Shown: in pieces, positions 18,141 to 27,724 of the stretch
Numbering within the stretch: the stretch's first letter is position 1
Layout: every line of letters starts with the position of its first letter
Source of the DNA: an uncultured Lentisphaerales bacterium
Lineage (GTDB): Bacteria; Verrucomicrobiota; Lentisphaeria; JABSQK01; UBA12247
Length of the DNA stretch: 64,000 nucleotides
Assembly (NCBI GenBank): GCA_943788985.1
Contig: CALSSJ010000012.1
Coordinates: 128,001-192,000 of the forward strand
Direction: 5' to 3'
Made by a program: the position numbers and the translations under genes
The notes under the pieces: model-generated
Databases searched by the model: none
Told to the model about the DNA's origin: nothing
The model's input: the letters and a program-made list of their open reading frames with translations, nothing else

Positions 18141-19256
18141 ATGTTGCCGATAAACATACCCAGTAGATTGATTGAGGCCCACCGAGGTGAACTTGATCGC
18201 GCGCTCAAGCGGGTTCTGGACTCTGGATGGCTACTGCTGGGCCCCGAAACCGAGGCATTTGAGACCGAATTTGCAGCGTTTTGCGGAGTTCGCAATACGG
18301 TCAGCTGTGCCTGCGGAACCGATGCATTGGAGCTGATGCTGCGCGCGCTGGAGATTGGCCCGGGAGATGAGGTGATCACCGCAGCGAATGCGGGCTTCTA
18401 CAGTAGTACGGCTATTCTTCGCTGTGGCGCGCAGCCTGTATACGCCGATGTCGAAGCCAACGCCTTGTGTCTGTCTGCGGAGAGTGTGGCAGATGCAATT
18501 ACGGAGCGGACCTGCGCTGTTATCGCCACGCACCTGTATGGCCAGCTTGCGGACATCGCAGCGCTTGAGAAGGTCTGCGCTGTACGGTCGGTTCCGCTGC
18601 TGGAGGACTGCGCACAAGCGCACGGAGCAAGTCGCGATGGACGCCTAGCCGGTTCCTTCGGGAGAATGGCGGCATTCAGCTTTTACCCCACTAAGAATTT
18701 GGGCGCATTGGGGGATGCCGGAGCAGTCGTGACCTCTGACGATGAGCTGGCGAAACGACTGCGCGCCTTGCGGCAGTACGGCTGGGAGCAGCGATATGTA
18801 AGCAGTCAGCCGGGGATGAATAGCCGGATGGACGAGTGTCAAGCGGCGGCCCTGCGGGTGTTGCTGCCAGCGCTTCCGGCGCGCAACGAACGACGGAAGG
18901 CAATTCGTGAGGCGGTGCTTGAGGCTGGTTCAGGAGGGAGCTGGCGGGCGCCAGGGAGCGTGGGAGAGGATCATGTCGCCCATTTGTGCATTCTACAGAC
19001 GGAGCAGCGTGAGGCTTTGGGGATGGCGCTTGCCGAGCATGAGATCAGCACGGCAATTCATTACCCGATGGCGGACTGGCAGCAGCCCGCATTAGCCGGC
19101 CGCGAAGACCAGCCACGGCTTGAGGTTACGGAGGCAGCGTGCAGGACGGTTCTGACCGTGCCATGCTTTCCGGAGATGACGGACGAGGAGACAGAGACCC
19201 TATGTCGGGCACTGCGGAGCGTTGCAGGTGAATTCCAGAAAGGAGTAGGCGTATGA
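18141..19256 (+). CDS. DegT/DnrJ/EryC1/StrS PLP aminotransferase (FdtB-like)
   Basis: [29 protein letters not shown]. Confidence 0.92.
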   Translation: MLPINIPSRLIEAHRGELDRALKRVLDSGWLLLGPETEAFETEFAAFCGVRNTVSCACGTDALELMLRALEIGPGDEVITAANAGFYSSTAILRCGAQPVYADVEANALCLSAESVADAITERTCAVIATHLYGQLADIAALEKVCAVRSVPLLEDCAQAHGASRDGRLAGSFGRMAAFSFYPTKNLGALGDAGAVVTSDDELAKRLRALRQYGWEQRYVSSQPGMNSRMDECQAAALRVLLPALPARNERRKAIREAVLEAGSGGSWRAPGSVGEDHVAHLCILQTEQREALGMALAEHEISTAIHYPMADWQQPALAGREDQPRLEVTEAACRTVLTVPCFPEMTDEETETLCRALRSVAGEFQKGVGV

Positions 19257-20176
19257 GTGCAGAATTACACCTGACAGCACGTTGTGAGACGGAGAGAATC
19301 GGTGCCGGCTGCACAATCGGCCCGTTTGTCTTTGTTGCGCCTACGGCTGAGATTGGCGATGGCGTCTGCATCGATACCCATGCCAGCGTCGCTGAAGGCG
19401 CACGAATAGGCAGAAACGTCCACGTTGGAGCTGGCGTGCACCTGCCCGCCGGGATCGTTGTCGAGGAAGAGGTCAAAATTGGCATCTGCGCAGCGTTTTC
19501 GGACACTCGGATTGTGGGCACCAAGGCGTCAGGAGATGCCCCGCCAGTTCTGCGCCGAGGATGCCGTATTGGGGCCAATGCGACGGTCTTTCCGGGGGTC
19601 ACGATCGGCGAGGGGGCAGTGGTGGATGCGGGATCCGTGGTCCGGCAGTCGGTCTCTCCGCATGCAATAGTCGCTGGCGACCCGGCACGGGTGATCGGCT
19701 TTGGGGATACGCAGGAAGCGGTTGAGTCGTCGCGTCAGGGGGCCGGTCAGGTCTCACCGCAATCTTTGCGTGTTGAGGGTGTGAGCGTGCATGAGCTGCC
19801 ATTTATCAGCGATCCGCGGGGAAACCTCACGGTCGGCGAGATGGAGCGCAGTGTGCCGTTTGCCGTGCAACGGTATTTCCTGACCTACGATGTGCCGGGC
19901 GCGCATGTGCGCGGTGAACACGCGCACAAACGCTGTCACCAGTTTTTAACCTGTGTTCATGGCAGCTGTGCGGTGGTGGTGGACGATGGCACCTCGCGAG
20001 AAGAGCTGGTGCTGGATCGAGCGACGCTTGGTCTGCATGTCCCGCCCATGGTCTGGGCCTCGGAGTATAAGCATTCGCCGGATTCGGTGTTGCTGGTGCT
20101 GGCTTCGGAGTACTATGATCCGGAGGACTACATCCGAGACTACGACGAGTTTCTGCGCTGCCGGAAGGGGCGCTAG
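19253..20176 (+). CDS. WxcM-like hexapeptide N-acetyltransferase fused to FdtA-type sugar 3,4-ketoisomerase
   Basis: Left-handed beta-helix repeats ([25 protein letters not shown]); [27 protein letters not shown]. Confidence 0.9.
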   Translation: MSAELHLTARCETERIGAGCTIGPFVFVAPTAEIGDGVCIDTHASVAEGARIGRNVHVGAGVHLPAGIVVEEEVKIGICAAFSDTRIVGTKASGDAPPVLRRGCRIGANATVFPGVTIGEGAVVDAGSVVRQSVSPHAIVAGDPARVIGFGDTQEAVESSRQGAGQVSPQSLRVEGVSVHELPFISDPRGNLTVGEMERSVPFAVQRYFLTYDVPGAHVRGEHAHKRCHQFLTCVHGSCAVVVDDGTSREELVLDRATLGLHVPPMVWASEYKHSPDSVLLVLASEYYDPEDYIRDYDEFLRCRKGR

Positions 20177-22032
20177 TAGAGGTCGTCTGGGGGACGTGGC
20201 GGTGGTTTTTTTGCCTTCAAGATAATGAGCTTGTTTTGCTGGTAGATGACGGTGTATTCTCCGGAGTCAAGCAGGTCCTGGACGCGCTGGTGAGTTTCAT
20301 CTGGGGCGGAATTCCAGGCCCCTACCTGGTAGGCGTGATACTCGGTCGCCCATTGCTTGGTGTCCGCATAGTGCAAAGCCAGCCGTCGATCCAGCAGGGC
20401 ACCGCGGCAACGATCGTCCGCGGTGACCGTGGCATCGGCTGGGATGAGATGCTGCAACATCTCGAACGCGCGCTGCTGTTCTGGAAGCCGCTCGGTCTCT
20501 GGGACCATGCCCATCGTATGAGATGTCCACGGCATTAGGGACACATGAAGACTTGCGAACAGCGCAATCATCAGCCCGGCGCCCAGAAAGGGCAGCGCCC
20601 TCACTCCCGGTTTGGGCTGGCGATATACCCCGAGAATTAGGGCCAGAAACAGCAGTCCGATGGTGCCTGTCTGATAGTGGAAGGCGATGCTGAGTGATTG
20701 GTCGTCGGGCCGTAGGCAATTGAAGAGGAAGATGGGCGAGAGCATCAGCAGAAAACGCGGTGCTGCCAGGCAGCCTCCGGCGAGGGGGAGTAGCAGCAGG
20801 GCGAGCAGATGCATGGATTGGCGGTTGAACACTGCGCCGAGAATGAGCTCCGGTTGCAGGACTAGATTGAGCGCGATCTCCGGGATGGACCCCCCCAGGT
20901 TTCCCCAAAGCCCGACATGGACGTTCTGGCCGCCGGTATGCCAGGGCATGAACCACATCATGATGAGCAGGAAGTACGCGGTGCCCGCCCCGCCCCAGAT
21001 CAGTCCCGGTTTCCAGTCCTTGCGCAGCACCAAGGTCATGCCGATTCCGGCATAGTAGACGGCCATGTGTTCCTGAATCAGCATCGTCACGATGGCCGGG
21101 AGGATCGCCCAGCGGTGCTTGCCTCGGTCAATCCAGTAGGTGCTCAAAATCAGCAAGGGCAGGGCAAGGGTTACCGGATGAAAGCCATACGAATAGTTGA
21201 AAGGAAGGTGGGTTACTGCCGGATAGAGCAGGAACAGGATGGGGACAGCAAACGTGCTCCGGGCCTGCGGTGCTTCCCGTCGTGCGATCCAAAGCAGCAG
21301 CAAACCTGTACCAGCGAGCACCACGGGTTGGACTACCATAAGAAAGTCTAGGGTGGGCCAGAGCATGAACAGCGGAAGCAGGATGGCCAGCCCGGGGCAG
21401 AAATGGTCCCAGAATGGCGGCCGATATGATTCGATCTGCAGGAAGTCTCCGTGGACCAGGGTGTTTTTCAAACGCAGGTAGTAGTAGCCGATATCGCTGT
21501 AGCCCATCAGGAGCTGGCGGTACATGAGCTGCTGGTACCAGACCGACCAAGCGATGTATGCAAGACAGGCGATGATTGCAACGCCCCAGCCGAAGCGCGC
21601 GGAAACCTGTAAGGGGCCGGGCTGGCATTCTTGCAGGACCCGCCACGCGCTGTAACCGACTAGTGCGAGCATGGTGAACAGAGCGGGAAACCCCAATGTG
21701 GTATTCATGGCCAGCGGAATTAGAAACCCGTTCAGCAGCAGCAGAGGACGGGTGGCACGCAGCAAACTAGCGAGTGAGAGGGAACCGAAGCGAACGGCAG
21801 CCACCCAGAGAAGCAGATGGGCGGCGACGGCGGCCGGGATGGGGAATGAGCGCCCTGGAATCGGGAAAACTCGGTGGATCAAGACCTCGTAGGCGAATCC
21901 ATCGCAGTACATCTCCGCGACGCCCACACCAAACAACGCGAAGGCAAGCGCAAACACGCTACCGGGAGCGAGGCTTCCCCGGGCGGCATGTTTACTGGAG
22001 ACAGGCGAGGCGTTTTTTACTGGGGCGCTCAT
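20173..22032 (-). CDS. DUF2079 family membrane protein (putative GT-C glycosyltransferase)
   Basis: SDIGYY, DHFCP, FHP, QEH, FHY motifs; many TM helices. Confidence 0.75.
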   Translation of the reverse strand: MSAPVKNASPVSSKHAARGSLAPGSVFALAFALFGVGVAEMYCDGFAYEVLIHRVFPIPGRSFPIPAAVAAHLLLWVAAVRFGSLSLASLLRATRPLLLLNGFLIPLAMNTTLGFPALFTMLALVGYSAWRVLQECQPGPLQVSARFGWGVAIIACLAYIAWSVWYQQLMYRQLLMGYSDIGYYYLRLKNTLVHGDFLQIESYRPPFWDHFCPGLAILLPLFMLWPTLDFLMVVQPVVLAGTGLLLLWIARREAPQARSTFAVPILFLLYPAVTHLPFNYSYGFHPVTLALPLLILSTYWIDRGKHRWAILPAIVTMLIQEHMAVYYAGIGMTLVLRKDWKPGLIWGGAGTAYFLLIMMWFMPWHTGGQNVHVGLWGNLGGSIPEIALNLVLQPELILGAVFNRQSMHLLALLLLPLAGGCLAAPRFLLMLSPIFLFNCLRPDDQSLSIAFHYQTGTIGLLFLALILGVYRQPKPGVRALPFLGAGLMIALFASLHVSLMPWTSHTMGMVPETERLPEQQRAFEMLQHLIPADATVTADDRCRGALLDRRLALHYADTKQWATEYHAYQVGAWNSAPDETHQRVQDLLDSGEYTVIYQQNKLIILKAKKPPPRPPDDLY

Positions 22033-22226
22033 GGTGCGTCAAATCCGGGGACGTGGCGATGATCGGGTAAACTAGCTGCGGATCGCGAGGAGTCACGCAC
22101 AGGTTTCATGCTGGGCGCGGAATCTGACGCTAAGAGGCAGAAACACAGCCGCTGGTACCTTGGAAATCTGGCCATAGTTTTCAGAGTTGCGGGATTGCCG
22201 CGTGGCGCGGTGTTTCGCATGCAGCT

Positions 22227-23303
22227 ATGTTGTCTTTTTTTTCCTCGCGCAGCGGAGTTTTACGCGTGCATTATTTTTCTATTTGGCATTTCATCGGGCT
22301 GACATTTCTGTTGCTTGTGGCGGTTGGCTGCAGCGAGCAGGTTGAGCGGCGCACGTATCAGGAAATTCATGTGGCTGTATCGGCACCGAGCGTGACTGAC
22401 CCTCCGGTAGGGCAGGCGCCCGTAGTTGCGAAGTCCGCAGAACTGGTTTGGGCACTCCCGCCAGGATGGCAGGAGAAGGCCAGCGCCCAATCGATGCGCC
22501 TGGTGACGTTTAGCAGTGGTGCCGATACAGATGGCTCGATCGTCGTGCTGCCCGGAGACGTGGGCGGTGAATTCGCCAATGTCCAGCGCTGGGCCGGTCA
22601 GGTCTCGGTGGAGATGAGCGATGACGAGCTCGTAACCTTCATCGCCGAGCAAGAGCGGCTCACTAGCGCTGGGGGCTTTCCCGTGCTATTGATTGACTTC
22701 TCGCGCGCAGTCGAAGATGATTCGCCTTCGATGCTGGTGGCGATCGTGGAGCTGCCACAGAAGCGAGCTTTCGTGAAGCTGATGGGAGCGGCCACAGTGC
22801 TGCGTGCGGAGTCCGCAAACTTTCGGGCGCTCTGCGCGAGCCTTGCGTCCCACATGCCGAGTGCTGAGGAGCCAGCCGAGAAAGGGACGATTGCGTGGGA
22901 CGTTCCGGAGGGCTGGTCTATTGAGGCCGCGCAGGGCATGCGCTTAGCGACCCTTCGTCCAGCGGCAGACCCCGATGGGCTGTGCACCATTATCGCGCTA
23001 GGAGGCGCGGGTGGGGGGCTGGAGCAGAATGTGGTTCGGTGGGCGCGACAGTTGAAAGCAGAGCTTGAGAAGCCAGCCGAGTTTATTGCGCGACAACCAA
23101 AACTGGATGCGCGCAGTGGCCCGCCAGTGCTGCTGGTTGATCTGCTCGAGCTGCAGCCCAAACAAGACGGACCGTCCATGCTGATAGGCGTCTGGACGCT
23201 GGAAGAGCAGACGATCTTTGTCAAGTTCAGCGGTTCGGTCTCGTTTCTGACAAGAAATCGGCAGGCGTTTCGCGCGCTCTGCCGGTCATTGAGAGTGGAG
23301 TAG
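22227..23303 (+). CDS. Lipoprotein with an internally duplicated domain, upstream of resB/ccsA
   Basis: Lipobox AVGC; two copies of W..P.GW..MRL.T..GG..NV.RWA.Q..SML..FVK..G..FRALC.SL; start codon uncertain. Confidence 0.75.
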   Translation: MLSFFSSRSGVLRVHYFSIWHFIGLTFLLLVAVGCSEQVERRTYQEIHVAVSAPSVTDPPVGQAPVVAKSAELVWALPPGWQEKASAQSMRLVTFSSGADTDGSIVVLPGDVGGEFANVQRWAGQVSVEMSDDELVTFIAEQERLTSAGGFPVLLIDFSRAVEDDSPSMLVAIVELPQKRAFVKLMGAATVLRAESANFRALCASLASHMPSAEEPAEKGTIAWDVPEGWSIEAAQGMRLATLRPAADPDGLCTIIALGGAGGGLEQNVVRWARQLKAELEKPAEFIARQPKLDARSGPPVLLVDLLELQPKQDGPSMLIGVWTLEEQTIFVKFSGSVSFLTRNRQAFRALCRSLRVE

Positions 23304-23312
23304 GGAAGCAAG

Positions 23313-24464
23313 ATGGCTAAGAAACAAAGCATAATCGCCCGGCTGCGGAAACGGTGGCTGGTGCAGCGTCTGATGGACTTGCGTCTGACCGTTAGCGGCC
23401 TGCTGCTGTTGATGGTCTTGACGGCCTGGGGGACTCTTTTCCAGAAGACGCACGGGCTGTGGGCAGCGCAAGAGCGATTTTTCTATAGCTGGTTCGTGAC
23501 GGTGGATGCATTTCCTGTTGCGCCGGGTGGGCGTCTGCTGTTATGGATAATGTTTGCGAACTTGCTGGCCGCAACGATCTTCCGGCTGCGCTACAAGCTG
23601 CTCAATATTGGCCAGATCCTGATTCATTGGGGGCTACTAGTGATGTTGGTCGGCTCATTTGTGACCTACCACTATGCCGTGGAGTCCACGGTGCCGTTGC
23701 ACGAAGGAGAGGCTACGAATCTATCGCAAGACTATCGCGCGTGGGAGCTGAGTGTTTGGGAAGCGCAGGCGGGCAACAGCCAGCAAGTGTACGCCTTTGA
23801 CGCGACGATGCTCGAAAGGGATATCCCGTTGGAGATCCCTGAGTTGGGAGTAGTGGTGACCGCCAAGGCGTATCATGAGAACACCAGACCGGCACCGGCA
23901 GGGACGATTCATGCGCAGAATAGCGTGGGCGAACAGCAGACACTGATGGCAGTAGAGGGGGCAAAGGACCCGCAGCGGAATTTGCCGGGCGGGCTGTTTC
24001 GCGTGGTTGCGGGGGACCAGCAGGCAGACGTGATCCTGTTTGGGGCAGACACTGCCCCAATTGAGGTCACGTTCGGGGGCAAGAAGATTTCCTTCCAACT
24101 GCGGCATCGGCGGTACGTGCTGCCATTTGTGATTTCTCTGACCGACTTCGTTAAGAAGGAACATCCGGGGACCAGCATGCCGAGTTCGTACGAGAGCACG
24201 GTCGAGTTGCGCTACGGTGAAATCGATCGGCCGGTGCGAATCTTTATGAACAATCCGCTGCGCCATCGCAACTTTACCTTCTACCAGGCATCGTTCGCAA
24301 ACACCGAGATGGGCGAGCAGTCCGTGTTTGCCGTGGTGGAGAATGTGGGCCGGCTGTTGCCCTACATTTCCAGCGGCATCGTGTTTGCCGGGCTGTTGGT
24401 GCATTTTCTCGTCATGTTTGCCATGCGTCGGGACCCGAAAGTGAAACGGAAGATGGAAGCATGA
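23313..24464 (+). CDS. resB: Cytochrome c biogenesis protein ResB/CcsB-like
   Basis: 3 N-terminal TMs with IHWG His; HPGT..P.SYES, MNNPLRH..FYQAS; C-terminal TM. Confidence 0.85.
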   Translation: MAKKQSIIARLRKRWLVQRLMDLRLTVSGLLLLMVLTAWGTLFQKTHGLWAAQERFFYSWFVTVDAFPVAPGGRLLLWIMFANLLAATIFRLRYKLLNIGQILIHWGLLVMLVGSFVTYHYAVESTVPLHEGEATNLSQDYRAWELSVWEAQAGNSQQVYAFDATMLERDIPLEIPELGVVVTAKAYHENTRPAPAGTIHAQNSVGEQQTLMAVEGAKDPQRNLPGGLFRVVAGDQQADVILFGADTAPIEVTFGGKKISFQLRHRRYVLPFVISLTDFVKKEHPGTSMPSSYESTVELRYGEIDRPVRIFMNNPLRHRNFTFYQASFANTEMGEQSVFAVVENVGRLLPYISSGIVFAGLLVHFLVMFAMRRDPKVKRKMEA

Positions 24465-26446
24465 AAACAACCCGCCTCATTATCGCTCTTGCCGCACTTG
24501 TTCTGACAAGCTTCGGCGAGCCGCTGGATCCGTCTGCTCTCGGTCAGATTGCCATTCAACATACGGGCCGGATCAAGCCGCTGCAAACCTTTGCCCAAGC
24601 GACTCTGTTGCAGCTCAACGCCAGAAGCTCGCATCGGCTCGTTGCCGAAGACGGCGGTGGCGACGGTAAGCTGGATGCCACGGAATGGCTTGCTCAGGTC
24701 CTGTTCGAGCCGGAGCGGACGTTCTCGTACAAGACATTTCGCATTAATAACCCGCTCACAGCCGATGCATTGGGCATTGAGCGTGAAGAAAAGTTTCGCT
24801 ACAGCTTTGCTGAGCTGCGAGATGTGTTCGAGACGTTGGAGAGCCTGGCTCAGAAGGCGTCACGGCTTGAGTCTGACGAGCGTGACCCCGTAGATACCGA
24901 ACTGATCCGTGTGTATAATAATGTCCGAACTTATCTGCATCTCACGGACGCGCTGTCATTTCTGGCACCAAGTCCAAGATTCTCGGTGCCAGCGCCGGAG
25001 ATTGCTGCTGAACTGGGACTGGCTCCCGGGCGTAGCGAATACTCGTTCTACGAAGTACTCGCCACTGGCCCCAAGCTGGCGAGTGGCCTGCGCAGCGTAG
25101 ATCTGGCGGCCCCGGCCACCTGGAGTGAGGAAGAGGCGTCGCTGTTTGCCCTGGCACGCAGCCTTCACGAGGCAAACCGGATGCTGAGTACGACTGCTGG
25201 GATCTTGCACATCATTCCTGTCCCGGGTGAACCGTGGCGCCCACCGCACGCGGAGTTTTTTGCCGGCGAAGAGAGGCCTGTACTTACCGGGCTCGCCTTG
25301 ATTCGCGAGGCCTACCTACGGCGAGATCAGGCTGCATTCGACAGCGGCGTCGCGTCGCTGAATGCGGTTCTGAGCAGTCAGCTTCCGCCAGACGACGAGC
25401 AAGCACGCTATCTCCAGTCCGTACCTGTTGAGCAGATCTATAACCAACTGGATCCATTCTACTCGGCCAAGTTTCTCTATCTGTTCTCGTTGCTTGCTTT
25501 GGCGACTGGGGCGCTTTTTCTGCGTCGACCCTGCTACTGGCTCAGTGCGCTTTTACTGGTGACTGGCGGCGTGCTGCAGATCGTCGGAATCGGAATGCGC
25601 ATGTACATCACCAGCCGGCCGCCGATCACCAATCTCTACGAGACCTTCATTTTTGTTGGGGCGATCGGTTTTCTGATGGGGCTGCTGCTGGAGCTGATTC
25701 AGCGCAAAGGGATGGGGCTGCTGGTGGGCGGCATCTCTGCTCTCATCATGCTGGCAGTGAGCGGGAAGTTTGGGCAGGATGGCGACACGATGGAGGTTCT
25801 GCAAGCGGTCCTCGACTCCAACTTTTGGCTGGCGACCCATGTGGTGACGATCAACCTTGGCTATGCTGGCTGTTGTGTTGCCGGGGTGATTGGCCACATT
25901 TACCTCGTGCAGCGATTGCGCTATGCTCTGCGCCGAAACGCCTCGCGGCCGCAACCTACCGATGACGAACGCAAGGGGCTGACGGAAACCTACGCGATGG
26001 TTTTTGGAGTTTTGGCATTTGGCTTGATTTTTACTTTTGTGGGGACGGTCCTTGGCGGAATCTGGGCAGATCAATCTTGGGGGCGATTCTGGGGATGGGA
26101 CCCGAAGGAGAATGGTGCCCTGCTGATCGTGCTGTGGTGTGCTGCGCTCATTCACGCCAGACTGGGCAAGATGATTGGGCAAGTGGGAATGGCAGCTGGC
26201 GCGGTGCTGGGTATCGTGGTTGTGATGATGGCGTGGTTCGGAATCAACCTTCTTGGTGTCGGCCTGCACTCCTACGGGTTCACTTCCGGGGTGGCGCGAA
26301 ACCTGGTTGCCTACTGCGCTATTGAGGCACTTTTCCTGCTTGCGGTTGTGCCGTTGGTCTGGCATCTTGAGTGGCGAGCTGCTCGATGGATCAAGTCTCA
26401 GGCCGACGCAGCGGACACCAAGCGCACAGCGAAGGCACAAGCATGA
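24461..26446 (+). CDS. ccsA: Cytochrome c biogenesis protein CcsA (System II) with a large periplasmic N-domain
   Basis: GRIKP, RPPITNLYE, WLATHV, WADQSWGRFWGWDPKE (WWD domain), GLHSYG. Confidence 0.93.
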   Translation: MKTTRLIIALAALVLTSFGEPLDPSALGQIAIQHTGRIKPLQTFAQATLLQLNARSSHRLVAEDGGGDGKLDATEWLAQVLFEPERTFSYKTFRINNPLTADALGIEREEKFRYSFAELRDVFETLESLAQKASRLESDERDPVDTELIRVYNNVRTYLHLTDALSFLAPSPRFSVPAPEIAAELGLAPGRSEYSFYEVLATGPKLASGLRSVDLAAPATWSEEEASLFALARSLHEANRMLSTTAGILHIIPVPGEPWRPPHAEFFAGEERPVLTGLALIREAYLRRDQAAFDSGVASLNAVLSSQLPPDDEQARYLQSVPVEQIYNQLDPFYSAKFLYLFSLLALATGALFLRRPCYWLSALLLVTGGVLQIVGIGMRMYITSRPPITNLYETFIFVGAIGFLMGLLLELIQRKGMGLLVGGISALIMLAVSGKFGQDGDTMEVLQAVLDSNFWLATHVVTINLGYAGCCVAGVIGHIYLVQRLRYALRRNASRPQPTDDERKGLTETYAMVFGVLAFGLIFTFVGTVLGGIWADQSWGRFWGWDPKENGALLIVLWCAALIHARLGKMIGQVGMAAGAVLGIVVVMMAWFGINLLGVGLHSYGFTSGVARNLVAYCAIEALFLLAVVPLVWHLEWRAARWIKSQADAADTKRTAKAQA

Positions 26447-27252
26447 TGAGCGAAGACATTGCCGATATTTTGCGACGCTGGCCGAACCGGCCTGGCGAGC
26501 ACGTGCGAAAGATTGTGGATGATATCGGCACTGAGAAGGTTCAGGTTCGCATTACGCAGGGGGCCTTCCAAGGATTGCTGCAAATGGAGCTCGAGGGGAG
26601 GCCGGATGGCTTGCGCCCCTACGGCTTCAAGTACTACTTGGACTACTATCGCCAGAGCCTGAGTCGGCACATCGAAAAGCACGGCTCGGAGCGTGGCTTT
26701 GCCTTGGATGAAAAGGGCTGCAAGCGCCTTTTTGAAGAAAGTCGCCGAATTTACGAGCGCTACGTCTTTCTGATTCAGATTCGGGAGTTTGGCCGAGTGG
26801 TCGATGATACCGAGCGTAACATGGGCCTGTTTCAGTTTGTGCATCAATATGCCAGCCGGGAGGAAGATCGTCTGGCCCTGCAGAAGTGGTGGCCATACGT
26901 GTTGCGGATGAATGCGGAGGCCAAGCTGGTGCCATTGATCGAGGAAAAACGATTCGAGCCTGCTGCTGCAGTCGTGCGCCAGGCGATTCGTCGAATCGAA
27001 GGTCTTGACAGTATTGACGCCGAGGAGTTTCGGCGCGAGCGTCGTCGCTCCTTGCGTTATCTGGGAGATATGGCTCGCAAACTGCGTACCCACGTTCCCG
27101 CCGAGCCATGCGAGCGTTTGCAGCAGGAGTTGCTGGAAGCGATTATCGAGGAGCATTTCGAGCGTGCGGCCGAGATCCGTGACGAACTCCGTGAACTTGG
27201 CGGTGAACTGCCGAAGCAGGCTTTGTCGAACCTGTCTGCTGTGCGAGTCTGA
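26443..27252 (+). CDS. UvrB/UvrC-motif-containing protein
   Basis: GLLQMELEGRPDG; C-terminal LLEAIIEEHFERAAEIRDEL; ATGA overlap with ccsA. Confidence 0.8.
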   Translation: MMSEDIADILRRWPNRPGEHVRKIVDDIGTEKVQVRITQGAFQGLLQMELEGRPDGLRPYGFKYYLDYYRQSLSRHIEKHGSERGFALDEKGCKRLFEESRRIYERYVFLIQIREFGRVVDDTERNMGLFQFVHQYASREEDRLALQKWWPYVLRMNAEAKLVPLIEEKRFEPAAAVVRQAIRRIEGLDSIDAEEFRRERRRSLRYLGDMARKLRTHVPAEPCERLQQELLEAIIEEHFERAAEIRDELRELGGELPKQALSNLSAVRV

Positions 27253-27282
27253 CACAGGCCATTCGGGGTTCCTCAAGAACTG

Positions 27283-27645
27283 ATGGAGAGTGCGCGCATG
27301 CCCCTGGGGAAACCTCAATTGGCCTTGAGCGCAGTCGTCCTGACAACCGTCGCTACGCTTGCGCTGGTCCAGCTTTCGACCGAAATTCTGGAATCGTATG
27401 TTTTGGGTATCTTCGTCGCTACGCCGTTGATTTGCGGTGCCCCGTTTGTCCTGAGCTACAACTGGCAACATGAGCCGGTTTTTGGCGAGTCCATCTTCAT
27501 CCGTACAATGATGGAGCCAGAGCCGTATTGGGGCTGGCTGCGCGATGAGCTGATTCACTTGATCCACAAAATGGTGTTGAACCACATCAAGCACGCGTTG
27601 GAGACGAAAGCCAGCTCGGTGCTCTCACGGAGCTGGATTGGTTAG
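27283..27645 (+). pseudogene. Internally deleted membrane/SRPBCC-like gene remnant
   Basis: N-terminal TMs (YVLGIFVATPLICG) joined directly to a C-terminal PEPYW..D..IH.IH..VL.HIK motif; recalled homologs are much longer (not verified). Confidence 0.4.
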
Positions 27646-27724
27646 GCTACTGCTGCGGCGGTTGTATTCACCACAATGACAGTTACTGACACCGTACTTG
27701 TTCGCTTATTAACCGGAGGCTTGA

